Shown here: piece after piece, positions 52,341 to 64,000 of the stretch
Layout: the number at the start of each line of letters is the position of its first letter
Numbering within the stretch: position 1 is the stretch's first letter
Origin: Octopus vulgaris
Taxonomy: Eukaryota
Assembly: GCA_951406725.2 (NCBI GenBank)
Contig: OX597821.1
Span: forward strand, 51,894,001 to 51,958,000
Reading direction: 5' to 3'
Length of the DNA: 64,000 nt
Notes under the pieces: model-generated
What the model saw: only the letters and a program-made list of their open reading frames with translations
Told to the model about the DNA's origin: nothing
Database searches by the model: none
Made by a program: the position numbers and the translations under genes

Positions 52341-53687
52341 AATAACAAGGCACCAAATCTCTATATATCAATGATAGTAGATGGTGGTGGTTGCAGCAGT
52401 GGTGGTGGTGATGGCATCAGTTGACAAACAATAAAATCTTGTCACAAAAGAAGTAAAGTTTTTGCACAGGCCTCAGATATGACTTTTTTTTTATTTATAA
52501 TAAGCCCATCGTATGTGTGTGCATGCAGGTGTATGTGTGTGTGAGTGTGCATGCATGTGCATGCGTGTTTGTCTGTGTTTGACAACAGGTGGTGTGTTTA
52601 TGTCCCTATAACTTGGTGGTTTCAGAAAAAAGACCATCTTTGTAACCATGTTTGTGCCACCACCAACATTTGACAACTGCTGTTGGCATGTTTACATCTC
52701 TGTAACTTATGAGTTCAGCAAAAGAGATCGATAGAATAAGCACCATACTTAAAAAAATAAACTACTTGGGTCAATTCATTTGCCTAAAATTCTTCAAAGC
52801 AATGCCCCAGCATGGCCACAGTCTAATGACAGAAACAAGTAAAAGATAAAAGAGAGAAGATACTTCTTTTAAATGAACAAACCCACAGAGAACTCACAGC
52901 ATCTCCTTTACTGTTGCTAAATGATTTACAAGAAACATTGATTCTAAGAAAGGAAAGAGGTGGAAAAATATTGTCTTTGAAGAGAAGCAGGTAAACAGAC
53001 TAGTATCACATTAATCCTGATTCCACAACTAATCCTAGCTATACTATATCATACAGGGTATTACTTTAAACAGCATCCAGTAGTGGGACCCTGATTTAAG
53101 AGTTCCAGCCACTATTGTTCCCAGGTCCATTCTGACTTGGAGTAGTAGCACTTGTTGGGGTCCCAGCTAATAGTCCCAGCTATAGGTCCCAGCTATAGTA
53201 CCAGCTATGGAATTACCTCCGAAAGAAGGTCACTTACAGGCACCCCAAAGGGCCTAGGTCTTATGCAGCCCTTCAGCTCTCTAGGTGCTCATCTAAGAGC
53301 TTCGCACAGATTCTGCATCCTGATAACTACTGGTCTTGCGGTGCTCATTGCACCAGACCAATAATTGTTCGAAAGATGACAGTATAAATTTAACTCTGGA
53401 AAAATCACCAATGACGGAAAAATTTTGTTCTCATCTACCTTATGTCACAGAATTAGAAACGATAATAAAAGTAATAAAAACGGTTTCAAATTTAGACACA
53501 AGGCCAGCAATATTGAGGGAGGAGTTAAGTGGATTACAACAACACTAATGTTCAACTGGTACCTATGATCTTGAAAGAAAGAAAGACAAAATCAACCCCA
53601 GCAGCATTTGAACTCAGAATGTAAAGTCAGAAGAAATACTTTGAACCATTTTTCCTGATATGGTAATGATCCTGCCAGCTTGTCACC

Positions 53688-53749
<62 letters not shown>

Positions 53750-55166
53750 TTATTTTGCTTTTTGTGGGAGGGGTATAGTTGATCACATCGACCCCAGTAC
53801 TTGACTGGTACTTAATTTATTGACCCAGAAAGGATGAAAGGGTAAAGTTGACCTCAGCAGAATTTGAACTCATAATATAACAACGGGCAAAATACTGCTC
53901 AACATTTCACCCAGCATGCTAACAATTCTGCCAGCTAGTCACCTTATAATAATAATGATGATGGTGATGATGATGATAATAACCTTTTGAGTGGGATAGA
54001 CTACTCAACCTGAAGAAAATTCAAACTGGGCCCCATCTGCAAGGTCATGTGCCATTTATCTTGATATAAGATCACCATGTCATGCACATATGGTTGTGAT
54101 ACATGTGCCTGGTGTACCCTTATCATATGGGTAGTCATGATAGGTATACTGGGCTTCATATATTTGTACCCCAGTGTCACTTTGATGGCATGCACTGCTC
54201 TCTCAATCAATACTAATAACAATAATAATGATAATAATGATCAAGCAGGCAGTGAAAAAGAACAGGCAGAAACAAAAATGAGAATCTAGCAGTTTCTTAC
54301 AATATATCCATCTTAATCAAAATGTGGATCTTCAATTTACTGTTTTGCTTGTGTGAACACTGAAAATCCTATAAGGACCTCCAAGAATCATATGGACCAC
54401 AGTTGAGAACCACTGATTTAAACCCTTTGAAGCAGTGCTCCAGCATTGCTGCTGTCTGTGGCTGAAGCAGTTAAAAGGTAAGAGATAAAAGATGCAACAC
54501 AAAAATTAGCCGTTTGAACAACAAAAGCAAATAAATTATCTAAAACATCACAGAAAGCATTAGAGCAAAAAGTTCACAGTATGTACATAGTTCAAAATAG
54601 TCCAATAAATGTATAAATTGCTATAGCACAGAAACATTATATATAACAAATGTGTTTGTGCTTAGTGGTAATGTCTTTTATGTGCTGAAAGTGTTTATGT
54701 ATAAGAGAATTTGATGTTGTGTGTGGTGATGTAGTTGTTTCAGTTGTATTTGCATCAGTGTACATTGTTTTTTAAACATTATTAATGCTGACTGTCTCTT
54801 CTTTTACTATGTGCATTGATAATACACATTTAGGATATGCTTGTACAATACAATATGGTCTGATATATGGTGTATGTAAGGGCTTTTGTGCCACATCATT
54901 ATGGACAAAAATACGAGACCACAAAGTAATGCCAGCTGGAACATAAGTCTTAACTGTTTACTGTTAGGGCAATAATTTCAGATAAATTAGACTTATAATG
55001 TTACTGACAATAAACATAATTGCATGGATCATATTACATATTAGAATTTCCAGCTACCACAAAGCAGCTCCACTTGAGTATAACCTAAGTCTACTTAATT
55101 GATAGTATGACACCTAGTAGAATAACCAGCAGATATTCCAACCATCTAGCTGTGTTGTCATATGCT

Positions 55167-55395
55167 TTAACTCTTTAAATTCAAATTACTTTGTCAAGTG
55201 TAATACTTGTTTATTGACATGGTTTTGAATTAATCATGTGCATTATCTTGTAGCTTTGAATTTCAGGGATGTAATTTTTTACTTTTAGAATAGCATTGTA
55301 GAATAGGTGTGATGAGTTGGATCCTTTCAGTTTGAATGTAAAACAAATAAAATATTTTGAACTAGATATGATCAGTTTAAATGCTAAGGGGTTAG
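55167..55395. mobile_element. piggyBac-like MITE inserted in the Gypsy integrase region
   Basis: TTAACTCTTTA ... AATGCTAAGGGGTTAG: degenerate TIRs with TTAA-type ends. Confidence 0.6.
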
Positions 55396-56587
55396 ATGAT
55401 ATTTTTAAGTTGCTGATAAAAATATTCTATCATACTTTTCACCTAAACAATAGTACAAATCTTCTTAGTACCCAGTAATTAGGTTATGTTAATAAATAAA
55501 CTAGTTTCAAATTGTTGGGCCTTGCTGGTTATATTTTGCTGGAATTTCAAAACATGAAATCCAGTGGAAAAGCAACATTTGTGCTATTGTTGCAGTTGAA
55601 ATATGTTTAACAGGAATGGTTACAGACCACCCAGAAAAACGATCAATACAGGTGAACAGATAGATATTATCCTGAGCAGGAGATAAGGGTCCAACAATAT
55701 CTATGCGTATGTGCTGAAAATGAGCATCTGGTGTAGTAACAGTGCCTGTGTGATCTCTAATGTGTCAATGAACTTTTGTCTTTTGACAAGTTATACAATT
55801 CTAAGTGCATTGACAAAACTTTCAAGCCATACTGGGCCAAATGAATGAAGCTGAAATGAATTTTTGCAATACTGCAACTCCTGAATGGGATAAATTGTGA
55901 AGCGTGGGAAAGATCGAGCTTCTGTGTTAAATAGGCATGAAGGATTGTTCAAGGCCAGAAAACACATTACATCAAATATGCAGAGGAACAAGATGGAATT
56001 CTAAAGATAATACAGTTCTTTAGTTGTAGTAGTTCTTTATCTGATTCTTGGTCCATAACCCCTTTTTTACAAAACAGTGCAGGGAACCCAGATGAACTCA
56101 GTATGAAATAGCAACAGAGCACTTATTAGAATCTTTAATATAACAAATATCAGTAGTAAACTGTGATACAAACACAAGGGGCCAAATTTTCCTCACATAA
56201 TGTTTATCCAGTTTAAACTGAAGAGCAAAACTTAATGGTTTATAATCAGTTGTAGAAAATGATAAAGATGTTTATCAGATGAATATGCCACTCATAATTC
56301 CCAACCAAAAGTATTATGTCTAATTTTAGCAGGTTTCAAACGCTTCAAGTAAAAGGACAAAAGTTGCCAGAAGTCCTGAATAAATTGTGATAAAACATTA
56401 TTGACTCCACATAAGAAGCACCCACTAACAGAGAAAGAGATGTATCTGGTATCAGATGAATTAATAAAATTTCCTTGAATAATTTCTCCTTAAATGATTA
56501 TATTGGCTTGCCAACTCCTGTTGAACCATCCAACCCATGTCAGCTTGGAAACAACAACAACAACGACGATGACGACAAAAAAGAAGA

Positions 56588-56632
<45 letters not shown>

Positions 56633-57410
56633 GTGTTAAAAGAATGTTCTCACTTTTTTGAATATGTAACAATTCAGTTAAAGAGTAAGCCATGTCACCA
56701 TCTGCAGAAATTCATGACAACAGTACAATTCTAAAGATAACACAGTTCTTTAGTTGTAGTAGTTCTTTATCTGATTCTAGGTCCATAACCCTTTTTTCCA
56801 AAACAGTGCAGGGAACCCAGATTAGCTCAGTATAAAGTAGCAACAGAGCGCTTCACAATTTATCCCAATCAGGAGTTGCAATATTGCAAAAATTCATTTC
56901 AGCTTCATTCATATGGCCCAGTATGGCTTGAAAGTTTTGTCAATGCACTTAGAATTGTATATCTTGTCAAAATTCATGGAAACAGTACAATTGCATCTTT
57001 TTTTTTTTTTTTCATGGGGCAAATACCACTGCTGTCAATATTGTGGCCTAGAATGGTTAACGATAAACACAAAAGAGACATTTAATAGGGTCAATGTCCA
57101 CTCCATAATGTACTAATCTAGGGAAGATTTTAGATGATGCCCACAGTCCAGTTCCAAAGTACTAACAATCAATAAATTGTCAATATAAGTAAAATTGAAA
57201 TTAAAACCATTGTAGCAAGGTTTACATATGAAACCCCATTAGCTAAGTGGGGAAAAATATGCCACAGCTTATCAGGTGACTTGCCCTGAATCCTGACCAA
57301 TCATATTTTAGATGCATCATGTAATCATTTGATTTGAATGATTTCCATGAGGTTTCCTATTAAAACATGGCCATAAATTGAAGTGCAGGCCAAGATCTTT
57401 AGGGAAGAGG

Positions 57411-57475
57411 GACATGACACCAAGATCTTTAGGGCAAAGGGACATGACACCAAGATATTTAGGGCAGAGGGACAT
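57411..57475. repeat. 30 bp tandem repeat, about 3 copies (first copy starts ~57390)
   Basis: CCAAGAT(C/A)TTTAGGG(A/C)A(G/A)AGGGACATGACA. Confidence 0.85.
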
Positions 57476-59440
57476 CGCCTTCATGACATGCACAACAAAG
57501 GCAAAAAAAAGCAGGAGTTAAACAGTCCCAGAGAAAATAGGCAAAGACAGTTCTTTGGCAGCTGCTTTCACCTTAGGCTAAAAAGAACACAATATTCTAA
57601 CAAGAACACAATATTCTCATTTCTCCAAGCACTGACGCAGGACATTCTAAATTTTCACCTTCCTCTCACTCCACATAAATACGTAGCTATCTCATTCTTG
57701 GCCTACATACATACATGTGTCACTCCTAGTAATCAGTGATACAGCCTCTGGCAAGTAGCAATTGTAATCATTGTAATGCTTAAATATAAATAGATGTTTT
57801 CCTCAAAAACTTAAAATGGACTTGGTTTTAATGTGGATGGTAATACACAACCTCACCAGTATAACCAAATATCAATAAGCCATCCAACCAGTTCTAAACT
57901 GCAAATCACTTCATCAATAAACTTTTCAATGGAATTTTCAGAATTACTGATCCCAAAAGGCATGCTAACAAATTCATGTAGTCCAAAAGATGTGATAATA
58001 GCCGTCTTATGTATGTGACTAGATACTATTGGAATCTGGCTGTACGCATAAACTAAATCTGTCTTCAAGAAAACTATAGCATCATGTAGAGGAGATGGGA
58101 AATGAAGATGAGGAATAAAATATATTTCTGGCTCCATTCTGGTATTTAATATCCTGTATTTAATATCCGGCACCATTCTGGCATTTGATATCCCTAAGGA
58201 TGCAAATCAGCTTCAGTCATTTTTAGTGCCATATGGAGAGGAGAACCCCAGTTGCTAGAAGGTTGAATAATACCAAGCTGCAACATATGGCTAAATTCTT
58301 CTTTATCAATTTTCATTTTGGCTGAAGCAAGATGTCTTGGCCAAGCTAAAACAAAAGATCCACTTGTAACAATATGATGTATTTCTGAATGTAACAGGTT
58401 TTTGCCACTAAAAATGAGCACAAATAATGTTTAGAAATTGGATAAGAAGAGCATCTTAATTGTCATGGATAAAAGCAATGTCTAAAAGAGAACTAATAGT
58501 AGTCATCTTTGTGCTAATAGTCATGGAATCAATTAAAAAAAAAAAATTTTTAGAGATTAACTAGAAGACCATAAGGGTGGGGAAAATCAGCACTGATAAT
58601 TGAATGTGGAAAATAGGACACATTTAAAACTACTGCATGTTTACATCTTGAAATAATGGCCAGATATCTAAGAACATAGGTACAAGATTACATATTTGAT
58701 AGATTAACACAGACAATTATATCAATTTCAGTATATGACAGAAGGATAGAAGGAAAAGTCAGCCCCTGATTGGATTTGAACTCAGAATGTAATGTTTCAT
58801 GTAAATAGCTAATGAGTTGAAAAAACTGAAGAAGATAGATATCGAAAGCAGAAAATTCTTAACACTTCATGGTATACACTGAGATTAAGAGCATAAATCT
58901 GCAAGAAGATGAAGAGTACCTGGGATTATCTGAATATGGAGATTTAAATTAGAAACATTTAAGCAGGAAGAATATTTCAACTCAACCAATTATCAGCTTC
59001 TCAAAGAACTCTTAAAACAGGAAGCAGTAAGTAAAATAATAAGATACTTAATATGTGTTAATAATGCAGATGTTTTAATTACTCAGATAAAATGTCAGAC
59101 ATTTACTCTAAAGATTGGGTGGCTAACAACAGAGTTTCTCTGTTATTTCTGAAAATAGCAGCCTAATCTTCCTCATACCACTCCTTACCATCTTAAAAAA
59201 TACTGGATGCATTTGGATAATGTAATCTTTGATATATTATATCTGAATAAAAAACACGCAAGAAGGCCATTACTAGAATACCTTTATTCATTGGTTTGTG
59301 TAATTAACATTGACATGGAGCTAAACAATAACAAACAGTATTGATAGAACTATAACTATAATCTCAAATACAAAGCTCCATTGACAAAAACCAGCATTGT
59401 GAGACTTTATTTATACAAACCGACACAAATAACTGCAATA

Positions 59441-59608
59441 GGCGTAGAAGTGGCTGTGTGGTAAGTAGCTTGCTTACCAACCACATGGTTCAGTCCCACT
59501 GCATGGCACCTTGGGCAAGAGTCTTCTACTATAGCCTCGGCCCGACCAAAGCCTTGTGAGTGGATTTGGTAGACAGAAACTAAAAGAAGCCCATCGTATA
59601 TATGTATA

Positions 59609-59640
<32 letters not shown>

Positions 59641-59847
59641 TTTGTGTGTCTGTGTTTGTCCCCCCAATATCGTTTGACAACCGATACTGGTGTGCTAACG
59701 TCCCCGTAACTTAGCAGTTCGGCAAAAGAGACTGATAGAATAAGTACTAGGCTTACAAAGAATAAGTCCTGGGGTCGATTTGCTCGACTAAAAGGCAATG
59801 CTCCAGCATGGCCACAGTCAAATGACTGAAACAAGTAAAAGAGTAAA
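59441..59847 (+). mobile_element. SINE family A
   Basis: Same head, core and tail. Confidence 0.88.
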
Positions 59848-62028
59848 GCAACCAACATAGTAATGTGAAACTCTTGAAGTTAAGTTTTCATATCAACAAA
59901 TTTATTATAATAGTCTAACATTAGCAAGAACAAATATAGAAATAGCCACAAATCAGACTATTAACACAAACTGCTGCTTATGCAAAGCCACTGCTATGAG
60001 AAGGATAATTTAACCTATTACAATCCTATGTCATAGACACTACCATATCAATCTCAGTTGTAGAATAAGTACACTATGTTCTGTACATATAACCTTTCAT
60101 GAAACTGTAGCTTATTCAAAGTTCCAAGACATTTAACCCTTTGCATGTCCAAAGCATTTTCATAAGTCTGTCTTAAATATCCATGCTTGTTTTCATACTT
60201 CTAGTTATCTCTTGTTTCATATGTTCTGAGTAAAATAAAGCTTTCCTTGTCTCAAGAAAAAAATTGGAAATATGTATCACATATGATGCATGGAGGCCAG
60301 AGGAATATGTCCTGTGCATCACATGTAATGCACAAGACAGGCAAAGGACTAAGTCGAAAAAGTCAGACCCCACCATCACTTGCACTGAATGGAATGCTAT
60401 CAGTTGCAGACAGATGGCACTAATTTCCTGCCGAGAGCAGCATAAAAAGTTGAATGCTGTTCAAGGACACAATGCATTGCCTGACACAAGAATTGAACTC
60501 ATGATCTAATTATCAAGAGGCCAGCACTCTAATCACTAGGCCAAACACCTTTACCAGTATGTCATTAGGGGTGACTAAAAGAGTTGACAACAGAAAAAAC
60601 ATTCAGGAGTAAGCACTACGTTAGAAATATTGTCTAACCCATCACACTATAGATGTCATCTTTTATATTTTACTTGTTTCAGTCATTGGGCTGTGGCCAT
60701 GCTGGTGCACTGTCTTGAAAGGTTTAGATGAACAAATCAATGTCAGAACTTACTTTTTAAGTTTGGTACTTATTCTATCAGTCTCTTTTGCTGAACATAA
60801 GCAAACCAACACTGGTTGTCAAGTGGTGTTCGGAGGACTAACACAAAGACAAAAACACATACATTAATATATATATATGAATATATATATGAATATATAT
60901 ATATATGAATATATATATATGAATATATATATATATATATGTTAATTATTCTTGTTTTATTCTATACACAAAATTTTGTACCTAACACATGTCTCTTGTG
61001 TTGCAGTATTTCTTTTGTTTCGTATTTGACCCTTGAGGCTAATAAAGAAAAAAACTGTTATTACTACTACTATTATTATTATTATTGATGCCAATAGCAA
61101 TGTTAACAAAATTAGAAAACAAAATTAATAGCTAATTGTTACTGAAAGTATTGGTGAGTGGATTAGTGAGTATTAAATTAATCAGCTAAGTATTTAATGA
61201 GTTAATCATCTGCTTTACCTCTTCCTTCTCCTTGACTGTGTTCTTTCAGCTAGAAAAATGAAGTCATAATGAGAGGCAGACAAGTTATTACCATATAAAT
61301 GTACACACACACACACAAACACATATGTGTGTATGTATATACGGATATACATATATGCATATTGTGTGTATATATGTGTATATATATATATATGTATGTA
61401 TGTATGTATGCGTGCATATATATATATTTATGTGTGTGTGTGTATAAGTGAATATAGATATATACACAAAGAGAAGACCTATAGCAGGACTCCTTACATG
61501 CTGGAAAGGGTAGTTAAACCCAACCATGAAAAATAATTATTTTTTCGTGGTGGTGTTTAACAGCATACATCTATATGCACTTTTATATATGAAAATATGT
61601 TGCCTTATGACTTTTATTATGCACATGAACCACTGGTAATAAATTATTCTACTTTTGAGGTGTTGAGTACTCATTCTCATTGTTTGATATATATATGCAA
61701 ACACATATGTAATCACTGATTACCTGCTCTCTTGTGGTGTTTAGTCAACTTAGTAAGTGAAGTTCTGCCAGACATCTCTCTTATACCTAGCTTTTCTCTC
61801 AACTCATTTGCATAACATTACACATCCAGCAGAACATGCTCACTTCATTTCATTCCTGCCTTTATGAATCCTTCTCAGACAGTGCTCATGTTTCACTACC
61901 ATACTTTGTATATGAGGTGGTATCAAAAAGTTACAGGCATATAGCGTAGTGGTTAAGAGTGTGGGCTACTAACCCCAAGATTCCGAGTTTGATTCCAGGC
62001 AATGATCTGAATAATAATAATAATAATG

Positions 62029-62071
<43 letters not shown>

Positions 62072-62083
62072 TAATAATAATAA

Positions 62084-62639
62084 ATGCCCTGATGCAGTAC
62101 CAGGCAATGGCTCTCATGGCTGCTGATCTTAACTGATTGGAAGTGTTATCATGTACATTGTTTTGTCTTGGTATAAAAGATGGGCTACAGCAAATATTCT
62201 GCTCAATACCACAGATTTGCTTGTCAGTTGTTTGACATTAACCAGTTGACCATGTCCGTTAGTGGCTGACGATAAGTGCATCTCTGATCACAAGCAGAAG
62301 TAGTGGGGGAGCATCATAGCTGTGTGTTAAAAGGAATTATTAGAGGTTTGGATAATTCACCTTTGGAAACATGGGTGGTTCGTTCAACATCATTAAACAA
62401 TCTTTATTCAGGGACCTTTTGAGTGGGATGGGCTACTCAACCTGAAGAAAATTCTAACTGGGCCTCACCTGCAAGGTCATGCACTGTTTATTTTGATATG
62501 AGATCACCATGTCACGCACATATAGTTGTGATGCATATGCCTGGTGTACCCTTATCAGACAGGTAGTCATGATGGGTATACTGGGCTTCGTATATTTTAC
62601 CCCAGTGTCACTTTGATGGCATGCACCACTCTCTCACTC
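62084..62639 (+). mobile_element. ~550 bp (AAT)n-associated repeat, full copy
   Basis: Homologous to 3062-3603 (-); flanked by (AAT)n on both sides. Confidence 0.88.
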
Positions 62640-62708
62640 AATAATGATAATAATAACAACATCGAAAAATATCTTAGGAATGAGAACCTAGGTTCGAAAT
62701 TTCCCCAA

Positions 62709-62754
62709 GACACCTGATGAAGGCTGGAGGGTATATCAACCGAAACATTGTGTT
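62709..62754 (+). ncRNA. Minimal type I hammerhead ribozyme motif (Penelope type)
   Basis: GACAC-CTGATGA-A-GGCTGG-agggtata-TCAACC-GAAA-C-ATT-GTGTT. Stem I GACAC/GTGTT; stem II with one mismatch; no intramolecular stem III. Confidence 0.65.
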
Positions 62755-62832
62755 AACAACAAATAAGATGAGGACAAATGTCTGTCAAATGTAAATAATG
62801 TAAAAAATAACTTATTTACCTAAATTTTAAGA

Positions 62833-64000
62833 TCATCGTCATCATTGTCATCATAATCATCATCATTTAACTTCTGTCCATGCTGGCATGGGTTGGACGG
62901 TTTGACCACGGCTGGCAAGCTGGAAGGCTGCACCAGACTTCAGTCTGTTTTGCCATAGATGCCCTTCCTAACGCCAACCACTCTGAAAGTGTAATGGGTA
63001 ATTTTACATGCCACCGGCATGAGTGCCATTTGTGTGACACCAGTACCATCTATGATTGTGGGTTTACTTGCCTTGCTGGGTCTTCTGAAGCATGGCATAA
63101 TGCCAAATGGATTTGGTAGTTGCCTCCATTAGACCCAATGCTTGAAGCACAGTATAATGCCAAATGGTCTCGATCCTTGCCTCCGTGAGGCCCAATGCTT
63201 GAAAGGTGCTTTTACATGTTACCAGTACAGGTGTCACTTGTATGACACCGGTATCTGCTACAACTGCAATTTTACTTGACTTGATGGGCCTTCTTCTCAT
63301 GCAGAACATAATGCCAAAGGTCTTGGTCATTAGAAAGGAGCTCAGCCATTTTTCCTCTATGATGCACCACACTTCAAAGGTGCTTTTTATGTACCACCTG
63401 CATGGCTGCTGGTTACGTGACACCAGCATCAGCCATGACTGTGATTTCATTTGGCTTGATGGGTCTTTTCAAGCACAGCATATCGTTAAAGGTTCCAGTC
63501 AATTGTCATTGCCTCTGTGAGGCCTAAAGTTCAGAGATTATGTTTCGCCACCTCATACTATGTCTTCCTGGGTCTACTTGTACCACAGTTTCCCTCCACA
63601 GCTAGGGATAAGCATTCTTTACACAGCTGTCCTCATTCATATGCATCACATAACCATACCAACACATTCATCTCTCTTGCACATCACATCTGATTCCTCT
63701 TATACCTAATATTTCTCTCAATATGCTTACACTCTGTTGAACATGCACGCTTACATTGAACATCCAGTGAAGCATACTGGCTTCATTTCTTTCAAGCTTA
63801 CACAATACCTCGGCTGTCACAGCTCATGTTTCACTGCCATGTAGCATAGCTGTTTGCACACAGGCATCATACAATCTGCCTTTCACTCTGAGAGAGAGGC
63901 CCTATGTTGCCAGCAGAGGCAGGAGCTTTCTAAACTTTACCCAGCCTAATCTTATTCTAACAGCTACACCCTTGGAGTATCCACCTAACTTGAACACCTA
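62833..64000 (-). mobile_element. RTE-clade LINE 3' portion (ORF2 C-terminus, 3' UTR, (GAT)n tail), running off the window
   Basis: Minus strand: AVARIRLGWVKFRKLLPLLAT..LSLRVKGRLYDACVQTAMLHGSET*AVT...VEGNCGTSRPRKT*YEVAK. Terminus GTTGGCGTTAGGAAGGGCATC and (GAT)n. Confidence 0.88.

Larger units (their letters stand above)
54740..58640 (-). pseudogene. Decayed Ty3/Gypsy LTR-retrotransposon pol (PR-RT-RH-INT order), interrupted by later insertions
   Basis: Minus-strand fragments: IISADF..YGLLVNL (~58560, PR end); LQLGIIQPSSNWGSPLH and KTDLVYAYSQIP..KTAIITSFGLHEF..MPFG (57850-58420, RT); WQLLSFY..TDYKPL..VSQFTTDI (56130-56400, RH); HNLSHSG..CITCQKTKVH (55770-55900, HHCC); HIRIDIVGPL..YLFTCIDRF (55500-55760, INT core); IFVHNDVAQKPLHTPYIRPY (~54850-54920). 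Many stops and frameshifts; no LTRs recognised. Confidence 0.88.
61936..62803 (+). mobile_element. tRNA-headed SINE-like element with a hammerhead-containing 3' part, split by an insertion in its internal (AAT)n
   Basis: A-box TAGCGTAGTGG (61942-61952), B-box GAGTTTGATTCC (61985-61996), (AAT)n, insert 62084-62639, (AAT)n, then a 3' segment with a CTGATGA...GAAA core. Confidence 0.65.

Overview
Animal genomic DNA, AT-rich and dense in microsatellites. The SINE and microsatellite landscape resembles an octopod cephalopod (inferred, not proven). The only host gene I can support is the 3' part of a + strand guanylyl cyclase of the natriuretic-peptide-receptor (NPR1/NPR2-like) type. It has seven GT-AG exons (14001-14144, 27935-28058, 30394-30462, 31337-31511, 35359-35457, 36320-36411, 43281-43403) that splice in frame and encode the dimerization helix and a complete GTP-specific catalytic domain. 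The upstream exons lie outside the window. The rest is repeats: at least four tRNA-derived SINE families, RTE and CR1-group LINE fragments, mariner derivatives, a probable Helitron, piggyBac-like MITEs, a decayed Ty3/Gypsy pol, minisatellites and fold-back elements. Most ORF-track entries are microsatellite artefacts. The main oddities are: a tRNA-headed SINE whose 3' part holds a Penelope-type minimal hammerhead ribozyme, plus a second decayed hammerhead; a spliced junction that regenerates its own 5' splice site; two patchwork templated insertions; a LINE/SINE shared 3' stem-loop with a compensatory change; an RTE 3' UTR amplified into a higher-order tandem array; and several long hairpins. 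Repeat boundaries were read by eye and are approximate.
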